A stretch of DNA of 64,000 nt from NCBI GenBank assembly GCA_963663365.2, contig CAXXIH010000001.1, forward strand, positions 875,209 through 939,208. Direction: 5' to 3'. This document shows, piece by piece, positions 37,049-48,673 of the stretch. The position numbers and the translations under genes are program-made. The notes beneath the pieces are model-generated. The model was given only the letters and a program-made list of their open reading frames with translations. It was not told where the DNA came from and made no database searches. Source of the stretch: a bacterium (lineage in GTDB: Bacteria > Hinthialibacterota > Hinthialibacteria > Hinthialibacterales > G963663365). Positions within the stretch are counted from its first letter, which is position 1, and the number at the start of each line of letters is the position of its first letter.

Positions 37049-39868
37049 TTATGCGGATTTGCGTTTAGCCGGTTTGGATTTAAGAATCGATTTAAGAAAC
37101 TGCCCGGTGAATGAATTCGCCATTTGGGCCACTTTTTCCGGTGTGCCTTTGGCGATGACCTCTCCGCCCCGGTCGCCGCCTTCCGGTCCCAAATCAATGA
37201 TGTAATCGGCGCATTTGATAACATCTAAATTGTGCTCGATGACTACGACGCTGTTGCCGCGTTCCACCAGCCGGTCCAACACATTGAGTAATTTGCGGAT
37301 ATCGTCAAAGTGCAGGCCGGTTGTCGGCTCGTCGAGAATGTAAAGAGTCTTGCCTGTATCCCGGCGGGAAAGTTCTTTTGCCAGTTTCACGCGTTGTGCT
37401 TCACCACCGGATAATGTGGGGGCGGGTTGTCCGAGTTTGATGTAATCCAGACCTACATCGCATAATGTCTGCAAAATACGGACGATGCGCGGGAAACTCT
37501 CGAAGACCTCCAAGGCTTCTTTGACACTCAGATCGAGAACATCGGAGATGCTTAGACCTTTGTATTTGACCTGCAATGTCTCCCGGTTGAAACGTTTTCC
37601 GGCGCAGACTTCGCATGTCACAAACACATCAGCCAAGAAGTGCATCTCGATCCGCTTGCTGCCGTCACCTTCACAAGCTTCGCAACGTCCGCCGCGCACA
37701 TTAAAGGAAAACCGGCCCGGCTTATAGCCGCGTACCTTCGCTTCGGGCAGTTGCGCGAAAAGCGTTCTGATCGGGTCGAAGACTTTGACATAGGTCGCCG
37801 GATTGGAGCGTGGTGTCCGTCCAATCGGCGCTTGGTCGATGTCGATCACCTTATCGATTTTTTTCAGACCCTTAATGGCTTTGTGTTTGCCTGCCGGAAC
37901 CTGCGATTGGTGCAATTTTTGGGCGAGTCCCTTATGCAAGATTTCGTTGATAAGAGAACTTTTTCCGGAACCGGAAACACCTGTCACCGCCGTAAATATG
38001 CCAAGCGGAATGTTGACATCGATATTCTTGAGGTTGTTTTCTTGCGCGCCGACGATGGTGATTTTGTCTTTCTCCACCGGGCGGCGTTTTTCAGGCATCT
38101 CGATGCATTTGGAATCGGATAGATAAGACCCGGTCAGCGATTTGGGATGGGTACAAATATGATCATATGGACCGGCCGCAACGATCTCACCGCCTTCCAG
38201 TCCCGCCCCCGGTCCGAAGTCGACAATGAAATCCGCCGCTTCCATCATTTCCCTATCGTGTTCAACAACCAAAACCGTATTTCCGAGATCGCGCAATTGG
38301 CAGAGTGTTTCGATGAGCCGCCGGTTGTCCCGCTGATGAAGCCCGATGCTGGGTTCGTCAAGGACATAGAGCACACCGACGAGCGCGCTGCCGATTTGGC
38401 TGGCCAAGCGGATCCGTTGTGCCTCGCCACCGGAAAGACTCGGCGCGGAACGTTCCAAGGTGAGATAACCAACACCTACTGAATCCAAGAACCGAAGACG
38501 GTCACGAATTTCCTTAAGCACTTGTTCCGCGACATGCATCTCCCGCTCGTTAAGATTTACGGAGTCGAAGAATTCGCGGGCGGTCTCGATATTCATCCTG
38601 CAAACTTCAGAGATACGTTTGCCCTGGAATTGCGCGGCTAACGGCTCGGGGCGGAGCCGGCCGCCTTCACAGCTGGGGCATGCAACCCGGTGCATGAAAT
38701 CGTTAAGCAGATACTTACGGAAACCTTCGGATGAGGTTGTGTCGAACCAATCCTGCATCTCTGTAACGATCCCGTGATAAGCGCCTCGTTCATCGAGCCC
38801 TTCGCCATAGAGAAGGAGATTTTGGATACTCTTGGTCAACTTATTCCAAGGTGTGGAAAGGCTGAAGCCGTAAGCGTTGGCGATCCGATTTAATGTCTTA
38901 CGGGTTTTGCGAGCCCAATAGCCTTTGTTTTGGAATACGTTCTTCCAAGGAAGGATTGCCCCATCGCGTACAGACAGCGCCGGATTGGGCACGACCAAAT
39001 CAGGATCGATTTCCAATTTCCGGCCTAGACCATCACATTCCGGGCACATTCCCACCGGATGGTTGAAAGAAAAGTGCTGGGGGGAGAGTTCATCGAACGA
39101 CTTGCCGCATTGCAGGCAGGCATTTCGGCTGGAAAAGAGCGTCTCCTCGCCGTCAACGACGGATACGATGAGTACGCCATTGCCTTCACGCAACGCCAAC
39201 TCGACAGAATCTGTGAGACGGCTCTGTATGTCGTCGCGCATGACCAGACGGTCAACAACGATTTCAACATTGTGTTTTAGACGTTTGTCAAGACGGATTT
39301 CTTGTTCCAAGTCCATGACTTGGCCGTCTACACGAATGCGAACGAATCCTTCGTTGCGTGCCGCATCGAAGATGTCTTTGTATTCGCCTCTTCTTTCGCG
39401 GACTTTGGGGGCCAGAATCATAAACCGCGCGCCATCAGGCAGTTCATGGATGCGATCAACGATTTGATCGATACTTTGGCTACCGACGGGGATATTGCAA
39501 TCCGGGCAATAGGGTGTCCCGCAGCGGGAGAAGAGTAATCGTAAGTAGTCGTAAATCTCTGTTACGGTTCCAACGGTTGAACGCGGGTTCTTGCTGGTTG
39601 ATTTTTGTTCAATTGAGATGGCCGGTGACAAACCGCCAATAAAGTCAACATGCGGTTTTTCTAATTGTCCAAGAAACTGCCGGGCATAGGCGGAAAGAGA
39701 TTCGACATAACGCCGTTGTCCTTCTGCGTAGATTGTGTCGAAAGCAAGAGATGACTTTCCGGAACCGGAAACGCCTGTAAAGACAACCAACTTGTCGCGA
39801 GGGATTTCAAGATCGATGCTTTTTAGATTATGTTCGCGTGCTCCGCGAATCGCAATACCGTGTGCCAT
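37049..39868 (-). CDS. uvrA: Excinuclease ABC subunit A
   Basis: [23 protein letters not shown], two ABC modules (LSGGEAQR x2) and zinc-finger cysteines. Confidence 0.95.
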   Translation of the reverse strand: MAHGIAIRGAREHNLKSIDLEIPRDKLVVFTGVSGSGKSSLAFDTIYAEGQRRYVESLSAYARQFLGQLEKPHVDFIGGLSPAISIEQKSTSKNPRSTVGTVTEIYDYLRLLFSRCGTPYCPDCNIPVGSQSIDQIVDRIHELPDGARFMILAPKVRERRGEYKDIFDAARNEGFVRIRVDGQVMDLEQEIRLDKRLKHNVEIVVDRLVMRDDIQSRLTDSVELALREGNGVLIVSVVDGEETLFSSRNACLQCGKSFDELSPQHFSFNHPVGMCPECDGLGRKLEIDPDLVVPNPALSVRDGAILPWKNVFQNKGYWARKTRKTLNRIANAYGFSLSTPWNKLTKSIQNLLLYGEGLDERGAYHGIVTEMQDWFDTTSSEGFRKYLLNDFMHRVACPSCEGGRLRPEPLAAQFQGKRISEVCRMNIETAREFFDSVNLNEREMHVAEQVLKEIRDRLRFLDSVGVGYLTLERSAPSLSGGEAQRIRLASQIGSALVGVLYVLDEPSIGLHQRDNRRLIETLCQLRDLGNTVLVVEHDREMMEAADFIVDFGPGAGLEGGEIVAAGPYDHICTHPKSLTGSYLSDSKCIEMPEKRRPVEKDKITIVGAQENNLKNIDVNIPLGIFTAVTGVSGSGKSSLINEILHKGLAQKLHQSQVPAGKHKAIKGLKKIDKVIDIDQAPIGRTPRSNPATYVKVFDPIRTLFAQLPEAKVRGYKPGRFSFNVRGGRCEACEGDGSKRIEMHFLADVFVTCEVCAGKRFNRETLQVKYKGLSISDVLDLSVKEALEVFESFPRIVRILQTLCDVGLDYIKLGQPAPTLSGGEAQRVKLAKELSRRDTGKTLYILDEPTTGLHFDDIRKLLNVLDRLVERGNSVVVIEHNLDVIKCADYIIDLGPEGGDRGGEVIAKGTPEKVAQMANSFTGQFLKSILKSKPAKRKSA

Positions 39869-39981
39869 AGTGAAGTGGAGTCTGTCGCACTCTTCTCATA
39901 ACTCAAAGGCTTGATTGGTTGTGTTTTCGATAATGCTCGACAGAGAGTCCGGTAGAGATTCAGATGCAGGCGTGTTTTTGC

Positions 39982-40011
39982 TTGACAGCTCACGGTTTGA
40001 AAGCGTATAAG
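39982..40011 (+). promoter_or_regulatory. Candidate sigma-70-type promoter for the AEC transporter gene
   Basis: TTGACA (39982-39987), an 18-nt spacer, then TATAAG (40006-40011), about 170 nt upstream of the GTG start at 40179. Confidence 0.4.
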
Positions 40012-40178
40012 TTCTGTTAGTTCAAGAGTCTAGGTTTTGAACATAAGTATAGCCGTGCGCTTGAAGGCCGGTCGCAATCACAACACAAGCCTTGTTTCTC
40101 CCGAAATTCCGCTGCCTGCAAATTGTTTCGGGATTTTGAAGCCGGGGCCCTTCGAGCAGGTGAGAAGAAGGATTCCAC

Positions 40179-41258
40179 GTGGCTTTTTTAACGAGCCTTA
40201 CACTAGATATTCTCATACCCACATTTCTGCCTCTGATCTTGGTTGTAATCGCCGGGGTATTGATGGGGCGGTTGATTGAAAAACTCGACGACCGGACTTT
40301 ATCCGCTCTATTACTTTATATTTTCACTCCTTGCCTAGTTCTTTATTCCATTCTTACAGCCGAAAACGAAGCCGGAACCGAAATGACGCAGATTGCTTTT
40401 TTCTGGTTCTTTCATTCGGCCATCATGTTAGCCGTAAGCCATCAGCTTCTTAAGATTTTAAAATATTCGGTCCATCAAAGACGTTTGATTGTGCTGACTG
40501 TTGTTGTATTGAACGCGGCCAATTACCCCATTCCACTTAACGAATTTCAGTATGGCGAAGCCGGACGTGAAACCGCCGTGAGGATCATGCTGATTTTGCA
40601 GATTATTTATGTGACGGTGGGAGTTTATCTGGCCAGTGACAAAGCATCTTGGATTGATGGGATTGAAGAAATCTTTCGTTTGCCGTTGGCTTATGCGGCG
40701 ATCCTCGGATTTACACTTTATTTCTTCGGCCTTCGTTTACCGGCGATGTATCAGATGACGGCGCAGGATGTCATTTCGGCAACCGGAGAGGATGTCGGAA
40801 CCGCCGCGAATGTTCCCGGACCTTTATTGATGATGTCCGCGAAATTGCTCAATTTTCTTCAGGCCCCGGCCATACCGCTCAATTTGCTTATGCTGGGCGT
40901 CATAATCGGCAAGGGATTCTATTTACTTGATTTTGACAGTTATAAACGGATGCTTCCCGCCGTGATCCTATCCGCGATTTTGCGTTTGATTGCTTCGCCG
41001 ATCTTGGGATTCATGCTGATCTTTGTGATGAAAATTGAAAATCCTCAACTGGCCAAATCGTTGCTTATTCATTCTGCAATGCCGACGGCTGTCTATGTAG
41101 CGATTTTTGTGGCCTTTTATGGACAGCCTTCCGATAAGCGTTTTGCTGCACTGAGTATCATCTTTTCTACAATTGTAAGTTTTATAACCGTTCCCCTTTT
41201 GATTGCCTGGATTGAGAATTCCACTTTGGCCATCTTCGGTAATGTCACTGCCCCTTAA
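40179..41258 (+). CDS. AEC (auxin efflux carrier) family transporter
   Basis: 359-aa polytopic ORF with the two-repeat topology and N-terminus ILIPTFLPLILVVIAGVLMG typical of the family. GTG start with GAAGAAGGA upstream. Confidence 0.65.
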   Translation: MAFLTSLTLDILIPTFLPLILVVIAGVLMGRLIEKLDDRTLSALLLYIFTPCLVLYSILTAENEAGTEMTQIAFFWFFHSAIMLAVSHQLLKILKYSVHQRRLIVLTVVVLNAANYPIPLNEFQYGEAGRETAVRIMLILQIIYVTVGVYLASDKASWIDGIEEIFRLPLAYAAILGFTLYFFGLRLPAMYQMTAQDVISATGEDVGTAANVPGPLLMMSAKLLNFLQAPAIPLNLLMLGVIIGKGFYLLDFDSYKRMLPAVILSAILRLIASPILGFMLIFVMKIENPQLAKSLLIHSAMPTAVYVAIFVAFYGQPSDKRFAALSIIFSTIVSFITVPLLIAWIENSTLAIFGNVTAP

Positions 41259-41294
41259 TGGCCCACCTCGTTTGCCCGTTCATCCGATACGCAT

Positions 41295-41327
41295 AAAAAA
41301 GGAAGAAGCCTTGTGGATTCTTCCTTT
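41295..41327. terminator. Bidirectional hairpin terminator between convergent genes
   Basis: AAAAAA-GGAAGAA-(10 nt)-TTCTTCC-TTT. Confidence 0.55.
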
Positions 41328-41374
41328 CGAGGAATGGCTGGATAAACCTGCCGCTATGCATCGCGCGGCTTGAT

Positions 41375-42061
41375 TTAGCCTGAAAAGCCCCGATTCGAGG
41401 CGAAGAAAAAGTCGCCCTTGCTAATTAATCCATTACTCGATTGATAAGGGACGCCTGTTTGACCCGAAATACGTATTCCATCAGGGCCATAGCCAAACAT
41501 ATAGTAATCACCCGGTTTTGGCTCCGGCCATCCCATTTCACGTCCCTTATCCGAATTGATGAAGTTCGTGAGCCAACCTCCGTCAGCTCCCGGAATTTGC
41601 GGATCTTCGTCGAGGTAAAGATAGGACACCGGCGGGTATTGATCTTCGCTAATAAGGCCGCTGCTTTTATCGCCGCCGGTAATTCCGGCAAACGGATCGA
41701 CCGGGATCGAGCCCATGTAGGATGTCGGTGTCGTTAGTGGAACATAGATTCCGGTTATGCCGCCACGGTTGTTGTGACCTTGTTCAAGATTAAAATCGTT
41801 AACCAACCGGTCTTGGCCTTCTTTTTTATCGTCATCCCAGAAATCGATAAGCATGAGATTGCGATCCAGACGAAAGGCCTCAATTGATGTTGCAAGAGAT
41901 CGCATATCCGCTTGGCACCTTGCGATTTTTGACCGAGACTGTGCATTGAGAAAATTGGGAACGGCAATCGCCGCTAAAATTCCAATAATGGCTACGACAA
42001 TTAGTAATTCGATAAGTGTAAAAGCACCAGATTTTGAAGGGAGATTCGGCCTTGTCCGCAT
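41375..42061 (-). CDS. Pseudopilin with a prepilin-type N-terminal cleavage/methylation domain (DUF1559-like)
   Basis: GAFTLIELLIVVAIIGILAAIAVPNF. Confidence 0.8.
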   Translation of the reverse strand: MRTRPNLPSKSGAFTLIELLIVVAIIGILAAIAVPNFLNAQSRSKIARCQADMRSLATSIEAFRLDRNLMLIDFWDDDKKEGQDRLVNDFNLEQGHNNRGGITGIYVPLTTPTSYMGSIPVDPFAGITGGDKSSGLISEDQYPPVSYLYLDEDPQIPGADGGWLTNFINSDKGREMGWPEPKPGDYYMFGYGPDGIRISGQTGVPYQSSNGLISKGDFFFASNRGFSG

Positions 42062-42208
42062 TTCACCACCCTTTGTTTCACGGATTTGTCAATTCGCATG
42101 AAATTCCTTCCAGCAAAATAGGCTACTACGAGAAAATGCAGGTCTCCAGAGATTGTGCCGAGTTCTGTGAAAAAGAATTTGAAAAATAGACGGAATTTAT
42201 GCGGGCCT

Positions 42209-43558
42209 TTATAAGGTTGGGTCTTCAATGGACATGCGCCATGCGGTTAGGCGGTTACGCAGTTCATTACGGATTTCTCTGTATTGGTATTCACCTACGA
42301 GATTACGGAGTTCGCCGGGATCATGGTCCAGGTCGTATAATTCTTCATGCCCGTTGATGTAATCGTTGTATTTAAAGGCTTTGGTCCGAATTGTCCGTAT
42401 CGGTTCAACCCATTGTTGTTTTCCGCAATATTCTGCAAAGATTGCATCCCGCCATTCAACCGGTGATTGTTGCAGTAGCGGCGATAAGTTCTTTCCATAC
42501 AGACTATTGGGGGGTGTGCACCCTGCTAGGGTGCAGAAGGTGGGCAGCAAATCTCCGAGCTGAACCAGTTTATCGGAGACAAGCGCTTTTTTAACTTGTG
42601 CAGGCCACGACAGGATTAGGGGGATATTGAGCAACTCTTCATACATGCACGGACCTTTAAACGGCAACCCATGCGCGCCACCTAAATCACCATGGTCTGA
42701 GGAATAGATAACGACTGTGTTTTCGCTTTGGCCTGTGGTCTGAAGACTTGTGAGGATTGTACCTATATACCGGTCGAGTGCTTCAATCAAATCGTAATAG
42801 TAAGAGAGATAGCGCCGCCAATCTTCATCCTTGTAATTGACGCTGAACTTTCCCTGATCGTCTTTTAAGAATTTCTCTTGAGGTGGAGGCTTCTGCGAAA
42901 GATCGTCATGTGTATTGGAAAGTGCTTTTGCATGTGGCCGTATGGGATATTCGGCTTTGTTTCTAATGGCATAAATATCATGGGGATCGATAAAACTGAC
43001 TGTCAGACACCAGGGCACACTTTGCCGCTCACCGATCCACTCCGCCGCCAACTGCGCCGCTTTGTCGTGCCGGGCGAATTGATATGTTTCAAATCCATAT
43101 TCCCACAGACCATTCTCTTTGGGCGGTCTTTCTTCGAGGAGATGCCATTTGCCGATATAGCCGGTCTGATAACCCGCTTCATGGAGCAGACTTCCGAAAT
43201 TAGGGATTGAGGGCGAAAGGGCTTGCTGCGCGCCATCCCAGTTACGCTGAAGCATGTTTTGTGTGACACCTGCCTGAGTCGGATAACGGCCGGTAAGCAG
43301 ATTGGCACGCGAAGCGGAACATTGCGGTGTTGCGCAGAAGGCATTGGTAAAGGTCATGCCCCGCGATTGCAGGCGCTTACGGTTGGGCAAATGAAGATAC
43401 CGATGGGGGATGTTTTGCCGTTCCTGGTCGGTCAATATCAACAGGATGTTGGGGCGGGAATCCGTATCTCTGGCCCGGGCCGTCATTGGCCAGCCACAGC
43501 AAAGCCCTAGTCCTGAGGCCGCTACGTTACAAAGAAATTTACGCCGCCGTGTCTTCAA
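42209..43558 (-). CDS. Sulfatase (formylglycine-dependent), Tat/Sec-exported
   Basis: The RRKFL signal, LLILTDQ and the FGly motif QCSASRANLLTGRY. Confidence 0.8.
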   Translation of the reverse strand: MKTRRRKFLCNVAASGLGLCCGWPMTARARDTDSRPNILLILTDQERQNIPHRYLHLPNRKRLQSRGMTFTNAFCATPQCSASRANLLTGRYPTQAGVTQNMLQRNWDGAQQALSPSIPNFGSLLHEAGYQTGYIGKWHLLEERPPKENGLWEYGFETYQFARHDKAAQLAAEWIGERQSVPWCLTVSFIDPHDIYAIRNKAEYPIRPHAKALSNTHDDLSQKPPPQEKFLKDDQGKFSVNYKDEDWRRYLSYYYDLIEALDRYIGTILTSLQTTGQSENTVVIYSSDHGDLGGAHGLPFKGPCMYEELLNIPLILSWPAQVKKALVSDKLVQLGDLLPTFCTLAGCTPPNSLYGKNLSPLLQQSPVEWRDAIFAEYCGKQQWVEPIRTIRTKAFKYNDYINGHEELYDLDHDPGELRNLVGEYQYREIRNELRNRLTAWRMSIEDPTL

Positions 43559-43579
43559 ATGAAATCTCCGTTATTTAGC

Positions 43580-44011
43580 CTATGGGAGAAGTTCCTTTGC
43601 CATTCCGTATTTTTCATCGAGAAAAGTCAAAAAGTTATCGCCCATTTTCGCGCAAAGAACGATAAAGCCGGCGACAATGGCGAGGCCGATTGCGGCCGCC
43701 ATTGTTGTTGTGATGATATACATCAGAGCATTTGTGATCTCAACGCCGGAATCTCTATGACTTTGAAAGGCTGTAATTCCCAACGCGAACGCGATAGCCA
43801 GAGGCAAGCAGAGCCAAAAGGGCATGAAGTTCAACAGAATCAGCAAAAATATAACGAGAAGCATAATTCGTGTTGAGACACCTGCTGCTTCAATAAATTC
43901 CGGCCGTCCGACTCCGAAGATAGGCGCCAACTGTCTCATGGCCAGTGCTTGCAGCCCAATGCATAACAGCGCAGGAAGAATAGTGAGAAGTAGAAAAGTT
44001 GTAATGACCAT
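43580..44011 (-). CDS. Small integral membrane protein, function unknown
   Basis: 143 aa with four hydrophobic segments. Confidence 0.5.
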   Translation of the reverse strand: MVITTFLLLTILPALLCIGLQALAMRQLAPIFGVGRPEFIEAAGVSTRIMLLVIFLLILLNFMPFWLCLPLAIAFALGITAFQSHRDSGVEITNALMYIITTTMAAAIGLAIVAGFIVLCAKMGDNFLTFLDEKYGMAKELLP

Positions 44012-44059
44012 TGCCGGTTCCGCCGTTTGACTTCTTGATTCAGTATGATTTCTGACTTT

Positions 44060-47000
44060 CTAATTTACTTTACGAATTTCAACCGTCGATGGTTTTGCAC
44101 CGTACGTGATCTTAATTTCTAAGGCTTTCATTTGAGGACTGTAACGCCAACCGTTTTCAACCTTGCCGGGATTCTCCACACGTTCCAGGGGGTGTCCATC
44201 GACCGAAATGACCAGGTGTTCGTCCGATGGATCCGGCATAGGCTGGATTAGTGTATAGGCAGGATATCCCTCGAAAAAGTCCGATGAAAACTTCGGCCAT
44301 TCGTTTTTATCTGTTTCCAGAGAAATCAGGCGGCTTCCGGAACTTATGGTCCGGGCGCCGCACCGGATGGTTTTAATCTGCAAGCCCTGGCCTCGAAGAC
44401 GATACTCATTGACCAGGATGTTCTCAGGGTTGATATCGGCGGGGAATCTTGTTTCGAGCATCAGGTTATAGCTATCGGGATAGCAACCGGCATGGGGATG
44501 GTCTTTGTCGTATTGCATCCATTCTGTGCTCGTGGTGATTCCTTTCGCTGTTTGGAGCCAAACCGGTTCCTGCGCAAATTCCGATAACTCCTGCAAGCCA
44601 TAGGCATAAACCAAACCGCACCAATTAACAGGAACTCCGATCCAGGAATGTGTGAAATGTGTTGTGCCGAATATGGGCGTGGTGGCATAACGCATGGCCG
44701 GAAGGTGTTCCAAATTCCAATGGTATACAAAGGGAAGCCCGGACCAAGCCCAATAGCGGGCCTGTTCGATGTATTCGGCGTTTTGGGTCGCACGAAAAGC
44801 TTCGACATTGGCGCGAATCCCGTAGGCGGACGCGAGGATGTCAGGGCAATGCAGAGGACATTCCCAGCCTTGTGCGCCACGGGGCACCCGGTAACGTTCC
44901 AGCGCCTCCAGTCCGCGAAGTCCATCCGGCAAAAATATCTTGTCTCCTGTAACACGCACATATCGAAGAATCTGCCAGGCGTGCCGGCCATTGGTCCCTG
45001 AAGTCTGTTCGCCGTTTTGTCCTAACCGTTTGTGTTTCTCACTACTAGGATGCCAGCTCCATCCACCTTCCTTTTCCTGATTTTTAATCGTGCGTTTAAC
45101 CGCGTCCCGCCAACCTTGCATTGCCTCTAAAAGGTGACCGCCATAAAAGGGATATTCAGCCTCCATGATATGACAATTCCATGGTGACCAGAGACATTCC
45201 GGACCTCTTTCTTGAATCGCCCGGTTCATGACCTTATCCGCAAAGGCGATCAGTTCTTCGGCTAATTTCCGGTCCGGATTTGTGTAGGCATCGAAGCGCA
45301 ACAGTGCGGCGAAGCCCGGTGAAGGTTGTGCCGCCCAGGTGTCGCCCGCACAGTGCCGCCAACCTATATCTGCTTCGCTCCAGACAGCGTTTCGGAAGGC
45401 TTGACGAGAAAGTTCCTTTTCATCGTTCCAATTTCTTGGTGGTGGCGGCGGCTCCGTCTGATCTGCTATTTCAAGATATTTCCGCATGGCCGCGAGAATT
45501 TCCCGGCCCGGTAGCGCCGATTGAGTCGCGTGCGGGAATTTGGGATTGGCGGAGTGATCGACATAGACAAATTGTCTCAAGACAATCCGGTTGCCGTCCT
45601 TCATCACATATGATTTTGAGCCCAATAACTCATTCTCTTTCCGCCATTCGGAAATGGAGGGGACCGATAACTGCATTTTGCCGTAATTGTTTAACGACTC
45701 GGGCGCTCCGAGGTTAAATTCGGCGCCGGGCAATGTATTTCCATGGTCATCCCATGGTTCTTGGGGATTCCAATAGACACTTACCAAACTGCCCTTATTG
45801 AAGATCGCCATCATCGGAACCGCGATTTTGCGGGGATGAGGGATCGAGCGGTTATGGAGCGGCGGATCGGCATCCAGCAAACTGGATGAGAAATCTTGAG
45901 AGCCAAGGTACTCGACTCCGCCAAACAACGCCCCTTTATGTTCGATTCCGTCGCCACCATCACCAAAGGCAATTTGCGGACCTGCAAACCGTAGTATTTC
46001 GGCATAGGACCCGGTCTGTAGAACGGTCTCGATAATTAACAATCCCCGGTCAGAATCCCATGTGTAGGTTTGGGCGATTTTTGATTGATTTTCAGCACTG
46101 GGTATCCAGGGCAACTCTGTTTCGAGTTTAATGCCGTCGTCAGTCCGGACTCCTTCAAAATTGAGCTCGTGTTCTACCGGATCCAATCCGACAGTGACCA
46201 ACTCAGCCAGAGGGTAAATAGTAGCTATACGATTCCAATCATCCTTTTCGGATATTCGCGTAAATATCTCGCCATACCGGTAAAGGTCACCGACCGGAGT
46301 TAGTTCGATTTTGACACGAGGCCGTTCCACAAGAACGACGGATATTTTCTTTTCATCATTGGGATATACGAAAATTTCATCGTATTGTGTTCGCTCTGTG
46401 TCGTTTGGACCTTGGGCGTGCAGTTGGTAGGCCGCGGGTGTTCCGAAATTTAATCCGCGCCAGGCGATTCTTACGGATGCACCTGGATCGATAGCCGGTA
46501 AGTTTTGCTCGGCCGGTCCAAAAAGTTCGCTCCCGTTTCCATCGGTGAACCAAATTGAGACCGGAGTTTTGCTCTCGGCGCGGAGTGTGCCTTTTCCTGT
46601 ATTCTTAACAAAAACACCCGCAATCACCGGCTCACCGCTCCGGATCAAAGCCTCACCGAAGGCGGCATCCATAATTTGAATATCCGGCAAAAAGCGGAAG
46701 AGACCCAGCCTGCCGATTTTGCCCGGAAGTTTGCAGATCACTTGTTCCGGATCACTCTCTGAGCGATTCCGAATGGCCTGGAGGTGCATTTTGCCTTTCT
46801 TAAATTGAGCCTTGTTATCCTGTGCCGCTTCTTGGATGAGTGTGGCTCCTTTAGGACCGAGCGAAGTGGTTACTACGGAACTTGTTTCGGAGTCGTTGGT
46901 CCCTGCGATTACGAATCCCTCCCTGATATCTTGCCAATTGATAGGCACAAAAGCCTTGTGATCAACTACGGGAACCTCTTCGGTTTCCTTAATCCGCATG

Positions 47001-47602
47001 TGCAGAAGCATAGGTGAGCCAAATACAGCCCAGTCGTAATTGGATGTGCCTACAGGATGTGTACGGAACTCGAAACTGACTTTTTTCCCGCCCATGTCAC
47101 TAATTTCGGAGATCATGCTTCTCCATCCGGGAGATGTAATTGTGCGTGATTCAGGGGTGCCGCTGAGCAGTTCTTTCCCGTCAGCAAGAATGCTGAATTG
47201 AACACCGTCACAATATGTTTTGACATCATTCTTGAATGGGACGCCGTCACGTATTCCGATTGCGGCAATGAAAAAGAGCCGGTCACCCGGTTTGCATTCC
47301 GGAAGCCTGGAGGCGGGAAATCGCAATGTATTCCAGCCTTCCGAAACCGTATGTAGGAAAATTCCCGGCTGGGATACGCCACCACAGATTTCGCCCCTTG
47401 AGGCGGCGGGAGCGATGGCTCCCGGAGATGGAACCGCCGTCTCGAATTCGTCGACAAAGTCATGTATCACGTCGATTACGCCCGTTTGGACTGTCATGTC
47501 CGGTTCCTGGGCGGATGCGAGAATCGCGAGGCCATAGATGAAAGCGGCTATGTAGTAAATCGTTTTTGCGGGCATGATCCTGGTTCTTAAACGGTGCTTC
47601 AT
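44060..47602 (-). CDS. Very large secreted hypothetical protein (possible carbohydrate-active enzyme)
   Basis: 1180-aa uninterrupted ORF with a signal-anchor-like N-terminus. It sits next to the sulfatase. No family motif recognised. Confidence 0.5.
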   Translation of the reverse strand: MKHRLRTRIMPAKTIYYIAAFIYGLAILASAQEPDMTVQTGVIDVIHDFVDEFETAVPSPGAIAPAASRGEICGGVSQPGIFLHTVSEGWNTLRFPASRLPECKPGDRLFFIAAIGIRDGVPFKNDVKTYCDGVQFSILADGKELLSGTPESRTITSPGWRSMISEISDMGGKKVSFEFRTHPVGTSNYDWAVFGSPMLLHMRIKETEEVPVVDHKAFVPINWQDIREGFVIAGTNDSETSSVVTTSLGPKGATLIQEAAQDNKAQFKKGKMHLQAIRNRSESDPEQVICKLPGKIGRLGLFRFLPDIQIMDAAFGEALIRSGEPVIAGVFVKNTGKGTLRAESKTPVSIWFTDGNGSELFGPAEQNLPAIDPGASVRIAWRGLNFGTPAAYQLHAQGPNDTERTQYDEIFVYPNDEKKISVVLVERPRVKIELTPVGDLYRYGEIFTRISEKDDWNRIATIYPLAELVTVGLDPVEHELNFEGVRTDDGIKLETELPWIPSAENQSKIAQTYTWDSDRGLLIIETVLQTGSYAEILRFAGPQIAFGDGGDGIEHKGALFGGVEYLGSQDFSSSLLDADPPLHNRSIPHPRKIAVPMMAIFNKGSLVSVYWNPQEPWDDHGNTLPGAEFNLGAPESLNNYGKMQLSVPSISEWRKENELLGSKSYVMKDGNRIVLRQFVYVDHSANPKFPHATQSALPGREILAAMRKYLEIADQTEPPPPPRNWNDEKELSRQAFRNAVWSEADIGWRHCAGDTWAAQPSPGFAALLRFDAYTNPDRKLAEELIAFADKVMNRAIQERGPECLWSPWNCHIMEAEYPFYGGHLLEAMQGWRDAVKRTIKNQEKEGGWSWHPSSEKHKRLGQNGEQTSGTNGRHAWQILRYVRVTGDKIFLPDGLRGLEALERYRVPRGAQGWECPLHCPDILASAYGIRANVEAFRATQNAEYIEQARYWAWSGLPFVYHWNLEHLPAMRYATTPIFGTTHFTHSWIGVPVNWCGLVYAYGLQELSEFAQEPVWLQTAKGITTSTEWMQYDKDHPHAGCYPDSYNLMLETRFPADINPENILVNEYRLRGQGLQIKTIRCGARTISSGSRLISLETDKNEWPKFSSDFFEGYPAYTLIQPMPDPSDEHLVISVDGHPLERVENPGKVENGWRYSPQMKALEIKITYGAKPSTVEIRKVN

Positions 47603-47685
47603 TTATAAGAGGGAGGTGATTGAGCAACCAAACACCCAATGGCGGTATCGGACCTCTTTTGCTCTCATGATACTATAGGTACGGG

Positions 47686-48636
47686 ATGATCGCTCCAAGA
47701 CGTATGTCAAAACTCTCAACGTGCGGAATCTTGTGTATCGTTTTGCTTGCTGCTGCATTTGGCGCACGGGCGCAGGAGACTGTTCCGAATCCATATCCCA
47801 CCCGCCTCGATCTGCTGAGCGATTCGGAAATCGGCGCATTCATACGGAGAATCAATCAAGAGAATTTGGCTCTGCAGAGCAAGATTGAACTTACCACCCG
47901 CCTTTGCTTGGGCATTCCGTGTCAAACCAGAGACATGGGGGAGAGAGCCGGGGGGACGGCGGCCAAAGAACCCCTTTGGAATTTCAAGCGGGTCGATCCG
48001 ATATCATTTGTGGAGCAATCATATGCACTTTGCTTAGCGCAAGATTGGCCCGATTTCATAGACAATCTCAAACGGATGCGTTACCGAAAAGGTGAAGTTG
48101 GATTTGCAAATCGGAACCATTTTCTTGTTCCGGACTGGCTTAAGGCGAACCGATGGCTCTTCCATGATGTAAGCGCGAAACTCGCCGGAGAGAATACATT
48201 TCCAATCGCCCGGTTTATTGCGCGCAAGGAATTCTATGAACAAGCCGGTGAAATCCGGTTGGCGGCGGAAGTTAAGAATACGACGGCGGTTGTTGAAACG
48301 ATCCCATGCCGAATTGTCAATGCCCTGCTTGAAGGATTGCAGACCGGGGATTTAGCGGTTTGTTTGTCGAATGAATCGTCGGATAAAGACGATATTGTGG
48401 GGATCATTGTATTCACGTCTGAGGGAGCCATGATTCGTTATGCTTCACTTCTGTCAAAAACCGTGATCGAGCGGCCCCTTGTTCAATTTCTGGAGGATAA
48501 TCCGAAATTCGCCGGAGTTTTGGTGGTTCGTCTTCATGCCCGCGCGGACATGATTTCCAGGCCTGTGCCTTTTACTTTAGATTTGGGGCCTAAACGCGCA
48601 CAAGAAAATCATACCGATCAATCCAAAGAACCATAA
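47686..48636 (+). CDS. Secreted hypothetical protein (weak resemblance to DUF1460-type amidase-like proteins)
   Basis: Signal peptide CGILCIVLLAAAFGARAQ. The NRNHFLVPDWLKAN segment is reminiscent of DUF1460, which I cannot verify. Confidence 0.4.
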   Translation: MIAPRRMSKLSTCGILCIVLLAAAFGARAQETVPNPYPTRLDLLSDSEIGAFIRRINQENLALQSKIELTTRLCLGIPCQTRDMGERAGGTAAKEPLWNFKRVDPISFVEQSYALCLAQDWPDFIDNLKRMRYRKGEVGFANRNHFLVPDWLKANRWLFHDVSAKLAGENTFPIARFIARKEFYEQAGEIRLAAEVKNTTAVVETIPCRIVNALLEGLQTGDLAVCLSNESSDKDDIVGIIVFTSEGAMIRYASLLSKTVIERPLVQFLEDNPKFAGVLVVRLHARADMISRPVPFTLDLGPKRAQENHTDQSKEP

Positions 48637-48673
48637 AAATACTTGTGCATCGAATGCATCGTTACCTGCAGCT